A stretch of DNA of 64,000 nt from a virus (Duplodnaviria > Caudoviricetes), in IMG/VR virus record IMGVR_UViG_2974629863_000001, positions 70,974 through 134,973 of that record, one strand, 5' to 3'. The notes under the pieces are model-generated. The model was not told the origin of the DNA. It was given only the letters and a program-made list of their open reading frames with translations, and ran no database searches. Made by a program: the position numbers and the translations under genes. Positions 39,343 through 52,000 of the stretch are shown here, in pieces (within the stretch, counting starts at the first letter, position 1; each line of letters begins with the position of its first letter).

Positions 39343-39770
39343 TTGTATCACAAAAGAATGAGGAAAACCGACCATGCCCGTTGATCCGCTGTATACCTGT
39401 GCAAAGTTTTACGCTATCGGGCGCAATGAAAGCAGTGATTGTATAATCAATCCTGAGGTATTTGCAAAGAGTTATCTTGCTAAATTGGAAGAAGATCCTG
39501 AAAACTTCCTTGAAATTCATGAACACTTCAATAGTTTCGTTAAGATGACGGAGGCTGTAGAATAATGATGAAATTAGCAGTAGGCAGTACATTGGCAGCA
39601 GTGCGAGCACCTGTCGGCACATCTGTAGATGAGATGTTTATTTATCTCAAAAACCAAATGACTGACCCGATTGTTTTTAATCCAATCCGGGACAATGAAA
39701 GTCATCAGGTAGAAGATGATGCACATATCGTCATATGGAACTATCAGTGCATGTGAAAAAATGTTTGGCT

Positions 39771-39811
39771 AAAGACCTTGACACGCTGCACGCCGACGTG
39801 TTAGGGTCTTT
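39771..39811 (+). promoter_or_regulatory. Promoter with -35 and -10 in opposite arms of an inverted repeat
   Basis: aaagaccTTGACAcg...cgtgtTAGGGTcttt, 18-bp spacer. Confidence 0.6.
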
Positions 39812-40803
39812 TCACATCCCCAATCGAACCAGGAGCTAACCATGCAGAAGAACACGTACCAGATCACCAGCAACGGCGCAGCGCGCATCTCAGGCATCAG
39901 CGGACAGGCAAGTGCCCGGACCATGCTAGAGCGTATCGGCTCGAGTCTGGTAGTCGATAAGAAGCACCAGTTTTTGAATCGTCGTGCAGACTTCTTCGAA
40001 ACCATTGATCCTAAGGGTACAAAGTCTTTGTTTAAGATTGAGAAGGTATAACAATGACCTGGATTTCATCATCATCAAGGCCTCAGACCGACAGTATTAA
40101 AGAAATTCACTTTAGTCTTCGAGAGCTTCAAGATACATCTGATGTTTTGAAACTAGATGTTGATTGGAATAAGCATCCAGGCATTGCAAAAGTAGTTCAA
40201 GTGCTTGATCATGCGATGGAACTTGCAGAACAAGAAATCGAAAAAACCGAGAAGCGTCTCGCAAAGATGAAGGGCGAATAAATCATGTCTTACGGATGGG
40301 TTATTACACACGACAAGGTTGATACCGGCGCACGTGGTAAGAATGATTACTCTGATGACTTCCGCTTGGGCCATGATGATATGACACCAGGACTTGCAGT
40401 ATTGCAGTCCAAGGATTCTGTTGAATTCGAAATTTACGATGCCGATGGGGATCTTTACTACATCGGTTGGTTGTTGGATCAGGCTGACGAATGGGAAGAT
40501 GATGTATTGGTAGCACCCTTGCGTTGGGCACAGCATTTTGCAGGTGCTACACTTATCAAGTTCATAGGTGAACCTACTTGGACTTGTGAGCTTTAAAGAA
40601 AGGAATATTATGCCAGAACCATTAGAAGATTTAATCGGTCCACACCAGTGTGACTATGATCAATTTGACGGAGAAACAGCCGGAACAATTGATGCAGAAG
40701 GAAATGCAATTGTGCTATATGGATACAATTGCCGTTTGTGTGAAGCACGAACATTCAAGACAGATGTACCAGAAAATCTAAACCAAACAACAGGAGAACT
40801 AAA

Positions 40804-41196
40804 TTGAAGTTTAAGAAGACAATCGCAGCATCAGCAGTAGCAATTGCAGCACTAAGCCTAACCGCTTGTGGCACTCAGGTTAATGATGCAGATGTTGTAA
40901 ATGAAAACATTGCAACGGCAGCAGATAATTTCGAAATCAATCGTCGTATTATTATCATCAACAATGAAGGTGGTGGAGTTGTTCAGCTCATTGAGGGTTG
41001 GTGCAACGCAGATATTGAACCTGATGTAATTCGTACTACTTGCCGGGTTCCTGGTGGATATCATCGTCATCTCAATGGTCGAAATGCTAATACTACCTTC
41101 TCAGTACAGCAGCTTGATACAGCTAACGTAAGCAAAGATCACTACCGAGTCACCTTTAAGCCTTCCGTTGTTATCCCCGATGTAGATGTGAGGTAA
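40804..41196 (+). CDS. Phage lipoprotein
   Basis: LTAC lipobox; ADNFEINRRIIIIN...Y.V.FKP. Confidence 0.7.
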   Translation: MKFKKTIAASAVAIAALSLTACGTQVNDADVVNENIATAADNFEINRRIIIINNEGGGVVQLIEGWCNADIEPDVIRTTCRVPGGYHRHLNGRNANTTFSVQQLDTANVSKDHYRVTFKPSVVIPDVDVR

Positions 41197-42818
41197 TCAT
41201 GATTTATCACAATGCTAATGAAATTCCCGATGAAGCCATTGTGACCGACAACCGTGGGGTGCAATGGACGGGAGCAGAGCTTAAAGCAAGTCGTAAAGAT
41301 CTTACTAAGCGTGTACCCTTCTTTACCTCCAATTCATATCTGAGTCATAAGGATATTGATAACAGTTAGGTAGTAAAGTGAAACTATATACATCAATCAA
41401 TGACGGCGTTCAAAATGCTTTTAAAGATTTTCAAGCTACCTCTAAAGAAGAAGTAGCTGCACTGCTTTACAAGTATGTAGTCGAAAAACGATATGATGTA
41501 AGAACTCCAGCAGCTACCAATAGTTCGTCTTGGCACGAGATTTGGCTAACTAAAGGTACTGTTGGAGTTTCATTAGTAATTGATTTTGAGGAGCCAGAAG
41601 AAGATGACTAAAGAGCAGTACAAAGAAAAGCTAATCAATCGAATTACCGAGCTAATGGATGAAGACAATACTCTTCTGAATATTGTCCTTGGTCCGAGAG
41701 CCAAGAATTCGAATACAGATTGGTATATTGCTGTCCACGAACAAAGAGAAGTTGTTCAAAAGGAAATGGATCGACTAAAACTAGTACTGAAGACACTGTG
41801 ACTCTAGTATTAGTAGTGTTGTTCTTTTGGCTTATATTGGAACTCAACCATAGGCGGAATAATAATAATGTCAACTAATCAGTTGTTTGCATTCTTTTGG
41901 GCATGTGTAGCAGTTGTTCTTATGTCTATTGCAGGAGCAGTTTCCATTGCTTTCATTCAGTCGGAATCGGCTCATAAACCTTATTCAACTACTGTAGATG
42001 GTAAGACTGTTGTTTGCGCTTGGTCATCAGATTCCAAGAGTCGTACTGAAGGATGGACCTGTAAATAATGCCGTGGACATTTAGAAAGGCCGGAGGTCAT
42101 AGATGTAATACGAGAGAAGCAGTTGAAGATCTTTATGCTGGTCTTGCTTACATTGGTGACCAATGGAGCTGTGAAGAGTGTGGGTTAGTTTGGCTTGTTA
42201 TGGAAGTTATTCCGCAAGGCCATGAAGTAATTTGCATTGACCGACCCAATAATAGATCTTACTTGGTAAATAGTAAAGTAAAGAACTCTTTTATCAGTGA
42301 AGGAACGATCAATGAATAATGAAGTTCATTTGCTAATCGGAACAGAAAAAGCATCACTGATGACTATTTGTATATATGCGTATGCTGATTATGCAAAAGC
42401 CAAGGTAGATCTTGAAGATCTAGTATTTAATGGTCTTGGAACCATTTCATACACAATTCTATCTAAGAAGGTAGTAAAATGAAAGTCTATGTAGTAATGC
42501 AGGAATGGCCTTATGATGCCACTAATATTCAGGGTGTATTTGAAAATGAAATTCGAGCTGATATGTTAGTTCATAATTTGGATATGCAATTTTCAAACTG
42601 CAATCATTGGGCAGAGGTATGGGAAGTTAATGCTGACTCCTGAAGAAATTAATGAATATTATTCCATGACATTTTACTTGGTTTATGAAGAGTTCTTGCT
42701 TGGCGATCCAGAATATGTTGCTACATATATGACCAAGGAAGAAGCTTATAACTCATTTATTGATCTAACAGTCAATGATGATCGATTTTTTACTATCGTA
42801 GAAAGACAGGTTTGATCA

Positions 42819-43274
42819 ATGATCCGGGAATTTAAAGGTAATATTTTTGAATCACGCGCACGCATTATTGCACATGGTTGTAATTGTGTGGGATTAATGG
42901 GTGCAGGTCTAGCAGCACAGATGTCTCAGCGATTCCCAGAGATGTATAAGGCCTATCAGAAGCTTTGTGATGATAAGGAGTTTAATCCAGGATCATGCTT
43001 CTTGTGGTCTGTTGAATGGGACTCAGAACTAGATCATTTCTATTACATTGCTAATCTAGGTACACAGTTCTACCCCGGCCGGAATGCAAAAATGGAATAC
43101 ATTAAGGATTCTGTCGCTGAGCTTCTATTCCAAGCACATGGATTATTCATTGATCGTGTAGCAATTCCACGTCTAGGTTGTGGTATTGGTGGTCTTGCAT
43201 GGGATGATGTACTTCTTATGCTTGAAGAAGAGTTTGGTCGTCATAATGTAGACATCGACGTATACTTCATGTAA
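42819..43274 (+). CDS. Macrodomain (ADP-ribose-binding/hydrolase) protein
   Basis: GNIF...IAHGCNCVGLMGAGLA, AIPRLGCGIGGLAW. Confidence 0.9.
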   Translation: MIREFKGNIFESRARIIAHGCNCVGLMGAGLAAQMSQRFPEMYKAYQKLCDDKEFNPGSCFLWSVEWDSELDHFYYIANLGTQFYPGRNAKMEYIKDSVAELLFQAHGLFIDRVAIPRLGCGIGGLAWDDVLLMLEEEFGRHNVDIDVYFM

Positions 43275-43293
43275 ACAAAGTTAGTCCAATCTC

Positions 43294-43322
43294 TTGACAC
43301 GCGCACGTGCGTAGGCTAGGAT
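43294..43322 (+). promoter_or_regulatory. SigA-type promoter giving a probably leaderless mRNA
   Basis: TTGACA(43294)-17-TAGGAT(43317); ATG at 43329; palindrome cgcacgtgcg in spacer. Confidence 0.7.
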
Positions 43323-43872
43323 CGAGATATGAACACAACAGCAGCGCAGCGAATCGGTGGTCACCTGGCATTTCCAGAGGCTCTGGCAGACCTCACAAAG
43401 TGGTCTGTATGCATCTCGTCTAGCCTTCGGAGTGAGCCACAGACGTACACTCTCAAAGAATGTGACACAAAAGAAGAAGCTTGGGATTATTGGCGCAACG
43501 AACTGTCAAAAGACATTGACTTTGCTACTGACATTCGTCACCATATCTACAGGTACGAACATGAAGATGGACTATACACAGTCGAAATCATCGCGGGAGA
43601 AAAGTAATGCAGATTGCAGGCTATGACATTCAAGAAGAAGATAGGCTTGATCAGTGGGGCATTTACATTCGTAAACCTCGCAGGACATTGAATCTGATTC
43701 AGAATATCGAAACCCGAACAGAAGCTTTTAAAGCTTTGCGAGATATGAAAGAACTTCATCAGGACAATGTAGTCGAATTCTCTGATGAAGATCCGCTGGT
43801 GAATGGCTTCTACATGGTACACAAGGGAACAACTTACATCGTAGAATTGCTTGAACCGAACTGTTAAGTTAT

Positions 43873-43907
43873 AAGGTGGGAGAGTGTAAAAGCTCTCCCA
43901 CCTTTCT
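43873..43907 (+). terminator. Intrinsic terminator
   Basis: aaggtgggagag-tgtaaaag-ctctcccacctt-tct. Confidence 0.8.
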
Positions 43908-46178
43908 ATCTAGGAGCTTTTGTGAAATACGGAGACCACTTGGACTATCTACATTGGCTATCAGATGAATCATATATAACGAAGATGGTTAAAGAGTGCG
44001 AAGATCTTCGAGATGAAACAATTGCCATTCGAGATAAAACCATAATCAAAGCACACTTTCAGTTCAAACAGCGTTGGTGGCATTGTCTAGTCCCTAGGAG
44101 TCGTAAAATGGATCTAGTTGCTAAGAATGATAAAGGTGAAATCATTCATAGGATGACCGAAGTAGTTTCCGCTAAGGATCGTCAGGCTTTCAAGAATTCA
44201 TGTGCTATTCGTCTTTATGGTCATGACTACACTATTGAAGAGGAACACTAATGTTCGGAAAACCAAAAGAGACTCTACGCATTATTAAAGATACTTCATA
44301 TGAAGAAGAACCGGCTAAGGTTATTGAGCATAAGCGTAAGGGTCCAGCTATTCTTCCAGACTCACATCTAGAAGATCATGAAGACTGCATCGAGAATCTT
44401 CCAGTTGGTCGTACTGCCTATACTGTCCCTTGGGCAATGTGGGTTAATTCCAAGGGAGAATGCTTCTTGCATCCTCAATACACTTGGGATAGAAAGCCAG
44501 GTGGAACAGTAGATATGCTTATTCGCCGGGAGCGAGATGGATTCTACGTAAAGATTCCACCTGATGAGAAGTATGAACGTAGAAATTCACCAGGATATAA
44601 CAGTTCAGCAGACACTAAGTACATTCCAGTACAAGGATGGATTTAACGATGTTGGTTGATATTGATCTTAACTCTCCTCAGATTCAAGAATTGCGAAAGC
44701 GTTGGGCAGAGATTCATGAAGCTGACAATGAACCTTATGAACAGTACGAAACCGCAGAGCGTCTAAGTCGTGGAATCTACAATGGATATTGGATGGAACA
44801 TGACATAGAATATGCATTGACTCTTGGTCGTCATGCTTTTGATGCCTTTCCTTTTCCCAAAGCAGATTTTGATCTAGATGATATGTCCGAGCACGCCAAG
44901 TATCAGCAAAAGATTAAAGCATGGTCTAATGGTCCTCGAGGTTATGGAATGTGTGATAATCCAGAACAAGTGGTGCTGAAATGGCCTTGGCTAGAATGGT
45001 GTGATCGTAATTTCATTATTCAGTTTCATCATTCTATGATTGAAGATGACCGCGCATATAAGCATGGGGAGTACATTGGAGACCTGGAAGATCCATACGA
45101 TGAACCTGTAGGAATGTTTCAAATCCTGGAAATCAAGCCGGAATATGTAGTGGAGATTGAAGATGACTAAGCCTAAAGTAAAGTCCGAAGATCTTATCGC
45201 AGAAGTAATTAAGATCGCACAAGCTAACCCTGAGTTTGTTTACGATAGTACATGGGGTTGCTCATATGCACGGCTCACCGGTGAAGGTGGTTCATGCTTA
45301 TTTGGAAAAGCTTTGTCCAATCTAGGTGTCAATGAACCAACACTCAAGGAAATAGATGCTTATGAAGCAACTGAAGTAACCATCGGTGCTCTTTCAGATC
45401 CCGATAGTGAATATGATTATCCGATTGACATCATTGGAACTAGTGAACAGGCAGCAGCAATGCAAAAGGCACAACAAGCACAGGACAACTCGAAGCCTTG
45501 GGGTAAGGCCATTGAACCATTGCTTGATTTTCTTTCGTCTACTGTCTAATTAGGGGTGCAGAAATGGCACTTGTGAAGGATCTAACCGAAGCAGAAGCTA
45601 AGGCCGAGCTTGTTATTGCTAGGCAACGCATCAACTGGTTTGAAACCGTAGTAAATGACATTACTCGTCGTGGCGAAAGGCCGGAACTAGGACGTGAAGC
45701 CAATAAGGAAACTAGGTTCATAGCCAACTTGCTAAAGCGTACTCTTGCGAAGAAGACATTGGAGCAGATAAAGTGAACAGGATCATTCTAAACATGAGCA
45801 ATGGGGATGAACTAGACCTCATTGGGGATGATACTAAAGAAGATGTCAAGATGTGGATCAGAAATCGCAAAACGATCAACGTCGAACTTGAAGACAAAGA
45901 TCTTGTGATTAATGTGGCTCATATTGCATGGGCAACCATAGAGAAAGCAGAAGAAGAATGACAGAATGGGCACCAACACCACTAGTATTGACAGAGTGGG
46001 AAGCAAAGTGTATTCATAAAGAGATGTTTCATCTCTCAGAAGAATACGGGGATTTGTTTAGTAGGTTAGATCAATACCTTTTTGAATGCCGACTGAATCG
46101 CAATCCTGAAGTAATTGAATCACTGAAAAGAGCAGCATCCGACCTTAAAGGTGACAGACTAATAGAAAGAGAAATCTA

Positions 46179-46583
46179 ATGAATACCCGTAGCATTAAAT
46201 CGTTCTCTCTGGCAGTGCTAGGCGCGTCGGCGCTACTGGTAGTAGGATGCTCAGTGCAGGGCAATCCTGTGGCATCTCAGGCACCAGCAACGACCACACA
46301 GCAGCCGGTAGCAGAGCAGCTATCACCAGCACAGAAGATGCTGAAGAACACATTTAATGTTACGGGTGTCTCAGATGAATACCTACGGGCTACTTGCGAC
46401 GGTATCCAGGCAGTAGCAGAAGACAACAATATCTCTGAGTTAGATCTTAAAGCACTTGGTATTGTCATTGGTGAATCCAGTAGTAAATACGATTGGCCTT
46501 CAGACAGAGATGAGATTCTGGCTATCATTGCAGTAAGCTCTCACTTTTACTGCCCGCAATTTGTCAATATGTTAGGAAACTGA
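46179..46583 (+). CDS. Lipoprotein
   Basis: VVGC lipobox, Pro/Thr/Gln linker, C...YCP domain. Confidence 0.6.
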   Translation: MNTRSIKSFSLAVLGASALLVVGCSVQGNPVASQAPATTTQQPVAEQLSPAQKMLKNTFNVTGVSDEYLRATCDGIQAVAEDNNISELDLKALGIVIGESSSKYDWPSDRDEILAIIAVSSHFYCPQFVNMLGN

Positions 46584-46884
46584 TATGCAACACTTGCCTT
46601 ATAAGAATGATGAAGAATTTCAAGTGCTAATGGATATCGCTTGCGGAGATCGAGAACATTGGGAAACTTCATCTGAACTTGAAAAAAGAATGCTGACTTG
46701 GAACTATAGTCTATATTGGCGCAAGGAGAGTGCGGGTAGTTTTAACTCTCCCGACTATCAAATTGTCATCTATCGTCGTGGTAATCCTGTAGATGCTTTC
46801 TATGTCAGTCATGATAGGGAAGACGAAGCAATGGTTTTGCTAGCTTCACGTTATCCACAAGCTGTAGAATGGCCGGAGGTTTAA

Positions 46885-47268
46885 GTGTTACCACATTATG
46901 ATGTATTCTGGTCACCAGAAGATAAAGAATGGTGCGCAACCATTAATCTATTCCCTAGTATGTCTTGCTTAGAAGATAGTCCTATGGGCGCTCTGCAGGG
47001 ATTAATTAATATGCTAATTGAAGATGACGAACTCTGGCGTCAATATGGACAGTCATATATTGATGTAGTTTTTCATATTGGAGAGCCACCGGAGTCTCTC
47101 GGACCGCGTGTTTGGTATGACGGGGTAGAAATTCCAGGTGTCAAGGAAATTGCTACAATTAAGTGGAAGATGATCCGCTGGAATACAGGAAACTCTAAGT
47201 ACTTGGCGAATAACAGAGCACTTGATGTTTTACATACAACGTCACAAGGCCTCTATAAGCCTAGCTAA
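46885..47268 (+). CDS. HicB-like antitoxin N-terminal domain protein
   Basis: HYDVFWSPEDKEWCATINLFPSMSCLEDSPMGALQGL. Confidence 0.55.
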   Translation: MLPHYDVFWSPEDKEWCATINLFPSMSCLEDSPMGALQGLINMLIEDDELWRQYGQSYIDVVFHIGEPPESLGPRVWYDGVEIPGVKEIATIKWKMIRWNTGNSKYLANNRALDVLHTTSQGLYKPS

Positions 47269-48573
47269 AAGGATTAGATATGAGCGATTACTACGAACAG
47301 ATGATGCACTATCATTATGCACACATTCAGAAGCATGATACAGAACAAATAGCCGTTGAATACTTCCGAAATGAAATCATGCGTGATCCGGGACTTACAA
47401 TGGCACAAGCAGTGCGTAAGCTTAAGAAGTTTGATGATGACTGCGCTAATTTAAAGAAGCATGGATATTATTCAGACTACTTGCAGATTCTAGTTGATTA
47501 CATGAATCTAGTGCGTCCTAAGAAGTCCCTGTTAGACATTTATCCCGAAACATTACAGCGTTGCACTAGGAGTATTAATGACTAATATAGCAATTATCAA
47601 TGGAGTTGAAGTTGATCTAGATGATACTGGATTAGTTTATAGGTATCAATGGGGACCGCGAGATTATGGAAAATGTGAATACTTCATTCAGGTATATAAA
47701 ATGGGTATGGACGGATCTAATGAGTCTATCTATTTCGCCGGTAGCTTGAATGGCTTTGAACCTGAGATATGGAAAGAGCTAAAGGAAAAGTATCCTACAG
47801 CAGAAGAGTACTCAACCTGGAGAATGAAGAATGCCTAAGTACGTATATACATTTAAGAATCTATCTACTGGCACTATGGACTTCTTCTGTACTGAGTTAT
47901 TTAGAGCGGAACCAGGCGATATATTCACTCTTATTGAATATACCTGTGCTACAGAGATACAGTGCTTAGAACATATTAAAGAATGGAAAGCTACTTATAA
48001 CCCAGAAGCTTTCTCCGATTGGAGAGTAAGGACTTATAATGCCAGTCAACTACAAGGCAATGTGGAACAAACTAACTAGGAAGAAAGAAGTGCCAGTAGG
48101 TATTATTGATGAGATTCAAAACTTTCAAAGCTTTGGTTTTCATTCAGTAGACCGGCATGAAAGTGTAGTAGTAGTTGAGATTAACCGTCGCTGGACTGGT
48201 GTATGGGGATGGTCTGTCGGTAATGTAGGCGGTTCCCGCTTTAGTCAGGCAGACGCTCTATCATCTGCACTTAATACGCTTAGAGTTTTGTGTGACGGTG
48301 AATTAAATCTGCCGTACATGATTAAGATTACTTCACTTGAAGATTGAACATCGAGTGACTTAAGTCCCAGAATAAGGTAGAATGAGTTACTATGAGAAAT
48401 GAGGGGTGATTAAGGTGAATATGAAAGAATTGGAAGAGTTTCTTGTTAAGCAGATAGCAAATGACACATGCCAAAGCGATTCAGGGAATCATGCCGATAC
48501 CTTTGCCCTAGGAGCGACATCAGCTTATGTCAGAATCCTAGAGTATATCAAAGAAGCTAGAGTGGAGTCATAA

Positions 48574-49089
48574 TTGCTACTTTACAGAACAGTTACAGGA
48601 TCTAGGCTATATGGCCTAGATCATGATAATAGTGACTTCGACACTATAGAAGTTTATGCTAATAAGGTTCCTAGTCCTAGTAAATGGATTAAGCAAAGCA
48701 TCAAAGGCAAAGAAGATGTTACTAGGATGAACCTTTCAACTTTCATGCTTTATGCGAACAGATCTAGTCATCAGATCTTAGAAGCAATGTATAGCCAACA
48801 GACTGAAGTAGACCTTATTAAAGAGCTACGATCCAGCTATGTTATTAATACCAATACTTTTGTAAGTTTATACAACAGAACCATTAGAAACTTTGTGATG
48901 CAGAACACTCGCAAGGGTAAAATGCACGCTTGCAGGCTTCATTTTAATCTACAAGATGGTCTAGAAAATGGCCGGTTTGATCCTGAAGTGACTGGAAAAC
49001 GTAAAGAATGGTTACTTAATTCTGATATTAGCGACTTTGATAGATTCTTAGAACAATACTTGGACGAATATGCCTCACTTCTGGCTTAA
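48574..49089 (+). CDS. Nucleotidyltransferase (pol-beta superfamily)
   Basis: VTGSRLYGLDHDNSDFD motif. Confidence 0.8.
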   Translation: MLLYRTVTGSRLYGLDHDNSDFDTIEVYANKVPSPSKWIKQSIKGKEDVTRMNLSTFMLYANRSSHQILEAMYSQQTEVDLIKELRSSYVINTNTFVSLYNRTIRNFVMQNTRKGKMHACRLHFNLQDGLENGRFDPEVTGKRKEWLLNSDISDFDRFLEQYLDEYASLLA

Positions 49090-52000
49090 TGTATCCGATC
49101 CAGAACCATTTCATTGTACTGAATGTGGATATATTGTTGAATATTTAGAAGTAGAATACTCAGATATCAATACTTGGATCTGCCGTTGGCAATTGGGCTG
49201 TGCATTACATGGCCCGTTCATAGGTCCGACTGAAGATGCAATAGAGTGGCTTATTGAAAAGGTACTCTATCACTATAAATTTCATTACCAGGGACCGTCA
49301 GACTTCCGTCCTGAAGAAATACAATCAATTATTGATGAATTAAAGCAGTATCTTGACTATAGGGAAGACTTAGATGCACAAATATCAGCTATCTAGATAT
49401 ATATTGAAGCAACTTAATGAATTAGATTCAAAGTGTAATCTGTATGTTGACTTTGATCTAGACAAAACTACTATTGATGGTGAATTTGATTTAGATGAAC
49501 TAAGTCAAAGAATCATTGACTACATTAAAGAAGAAGAAACAGATAATTTTAACGAACAGATTAGGAATAGAAAATATGACCAATAACCTAGAAGCGACCA
49601 TTGACTTTTGTTTACGTACTGCCAAGACACTTGGTTACGTTGGAGCTAATGTTCCTAACCATGTATCATTCTTAAGTGCCCAACAGTTTGCAGAAGAACA
49701 AGGCGCAGATGAGATTATTTCAGCTGAATTTGCATGGCTTTACGCTACACATAAGCAAATGCTTATTGCTGGAATGGTAGACGTTAAGAAGTCTCTACGT
49801 GAAGCATGGGTAGAATACAATCAGGTCGTGAAGTGATGAAGATCCTAATTGATCCCAATGCGCGTTTAGAAGGTGGAGTTACCTTCTCTGGTTTTGAAGA
49901 CATTGTAGAAGGCGATCCAAGCGAACTTACAGTAGGTTTAGTTGTAGAAGCCTACGTTTGGGAAACTAGCCTACATTGGCAAGCCAAAGTAACACAGATT
50001 GATGTACTAAATGAGTTGGTTTATCTACTCATTGACTGGACAGATCACATGTGGAAGACATCTTTTGATCAGCCCACAATGCACTCACACAATAAGTCAC
50101 AGGGTCATATGATGACTAGAGTACAGAACTTAAGTGATGAGATGATTAACTCAGGTAATGAGGATCTGGTTTATTGCGGGCAGAGGTTAAGAGAGATGAT
50201 CCTACCTATGTCTAATCAAGAAGTAGTAAACAAGTTCATGCGACAACTAGAATCTATCCCTGAGTTTAAGGATGCAAAATAATTATGACACTTTTAATTT
50301 ATATTCTCATTGGTCTAGTAGTGTGGTTTATTTGTGCTAGGGGGTACCATGCACTAGAAGGCAATAATCCCGATAAGGCAGTCGAAAATATTATTTTAGG
50401 ATTTGGCTTAGCACTAATTTGGCCCCTGACCGTGACTCTATTTGTTCTGTATGTTCTGTTTAACAAAGTAATGCCAGTGGTATTCAGGATGAATAAATGA
50501 ATGAACTTATTAGAGATTTAAAACCACAGAATCAGACTATTAAAAAGTGTGAGCTGTGCAATGGACCGCTTTCACCTAAAGGTAGACCTCATAATTGTCC
50601 AGGAGATGTAATATGAAGCCTAAGCAGACAACAAATGATCTACTCGAATATATCCAAAAGATGAGAGATGACTTTGGTAAAGTAGTAGATGAAAGATGGT
50701 GGGTAGAAGAAGTATCACCAGGGTATGAAGATGAATACAGCCGTGATATACCGGAACACGTAACTGATAGGTCTAAATACTTTTCTACAGAAGAAGAAGC
50801 AATAGATTGTAAAGATTCAGTAGAACCAGCAAAGAATCACTTCTTAAGAATTAGACATCAGAACTGTTACGAGAAAACCGAAACAACTAGGACGTGGCTA
50901 TGATTATTGCAATTTGGGCTATTGTGTCTATTTTAACTTGGCCTTTTATGGCTAAGTGGTTATTGGAAAATGTTCCTGTTGGAAAAGCAACTACAATAGA
51001 TTATTACATGGCTACTGCCTTAGGACTTTGTTTGTCTTTTTCTTGGCCTTTGATAATTCCAGTATTGCTTATTGTCTTAGGCGGTAAGTATATTATTTTT
51101 GGGAGCACTAATGAGTAACTATGCTTACATTGATAAAGATTTTGATTTAACTAGTGTTAAGGCAACCATTTTTAAACCAAATGGTAAGTATTACACTGAA
51201 TATGAATTAGATTTTACATATGTGTTTGATTGTGAATATATTGATCACATTGATTCTACCTTAGCCGCATATGAAAACACACACGGTAAGCCTTGGAATA
51301 GAACAATGCATTTAGTTGTAATGAATCACCCCTATGGGTTTCCTGTAATGATTCCAACGCTTCGCATTGTAAGACCAGCAACAGACGATTTAGATCCGGG
51401 GCATTAAGATGAAAGATCAGTTCTACAAAGAACGCTATCTACTATCAGATCCTACTAAGGTCATAGAGTCTGTCAATCTAATTGACAAAGATCCTTTAGA
51501 ACCGGTGCCTGAATGCGGGTATCGGTATATCTTTATCGCTGAGTACGGTACCAAGTACACACTTCAGTATCATGCAGACAGTCTATATTGGGTGCATTCA
51601 TATCGTAAAGCAAGAAAAGCTTGGAAGAAAGATAATATGGACAAGTATTTAAAGCATCTTGAGAAGATGCGTAATGTTGAAGACCATGTAGTTTTAGAGG
51701 TTGACTATCCATGAAAGAAATGAAACGTAAACCAGGTGACCCCTATGTGCAAGTATTTACAGAATATGTACCTACTAAAGAAGTGCTGGAATTAACAATA
51801 TTCTATGGAGTAGTGAGTCACTACAAAAGTAGAGAAGACTTAGAAATTGATTTTCCTAAGAGTCTTGGCACTGGTGCTAAAAGAGATAAAGTTACTAATA
51901 GATACCCTTGGAGTCGAAGCTCTGAAGAAATTGCTAAGTATGTTAAAGACAACTTCAGCGATCTTTTAGACTTCTATCCAAACGTACCCGACGCTACTAG

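Noticed and set aside
48574-49089. CCA-adding enzyme for the CCA-less tRNAs
   Set aside because: The GSxxYG..SDxD minimal NTase lacks class II CCA-enzyme motifs and size; substrate unknown.
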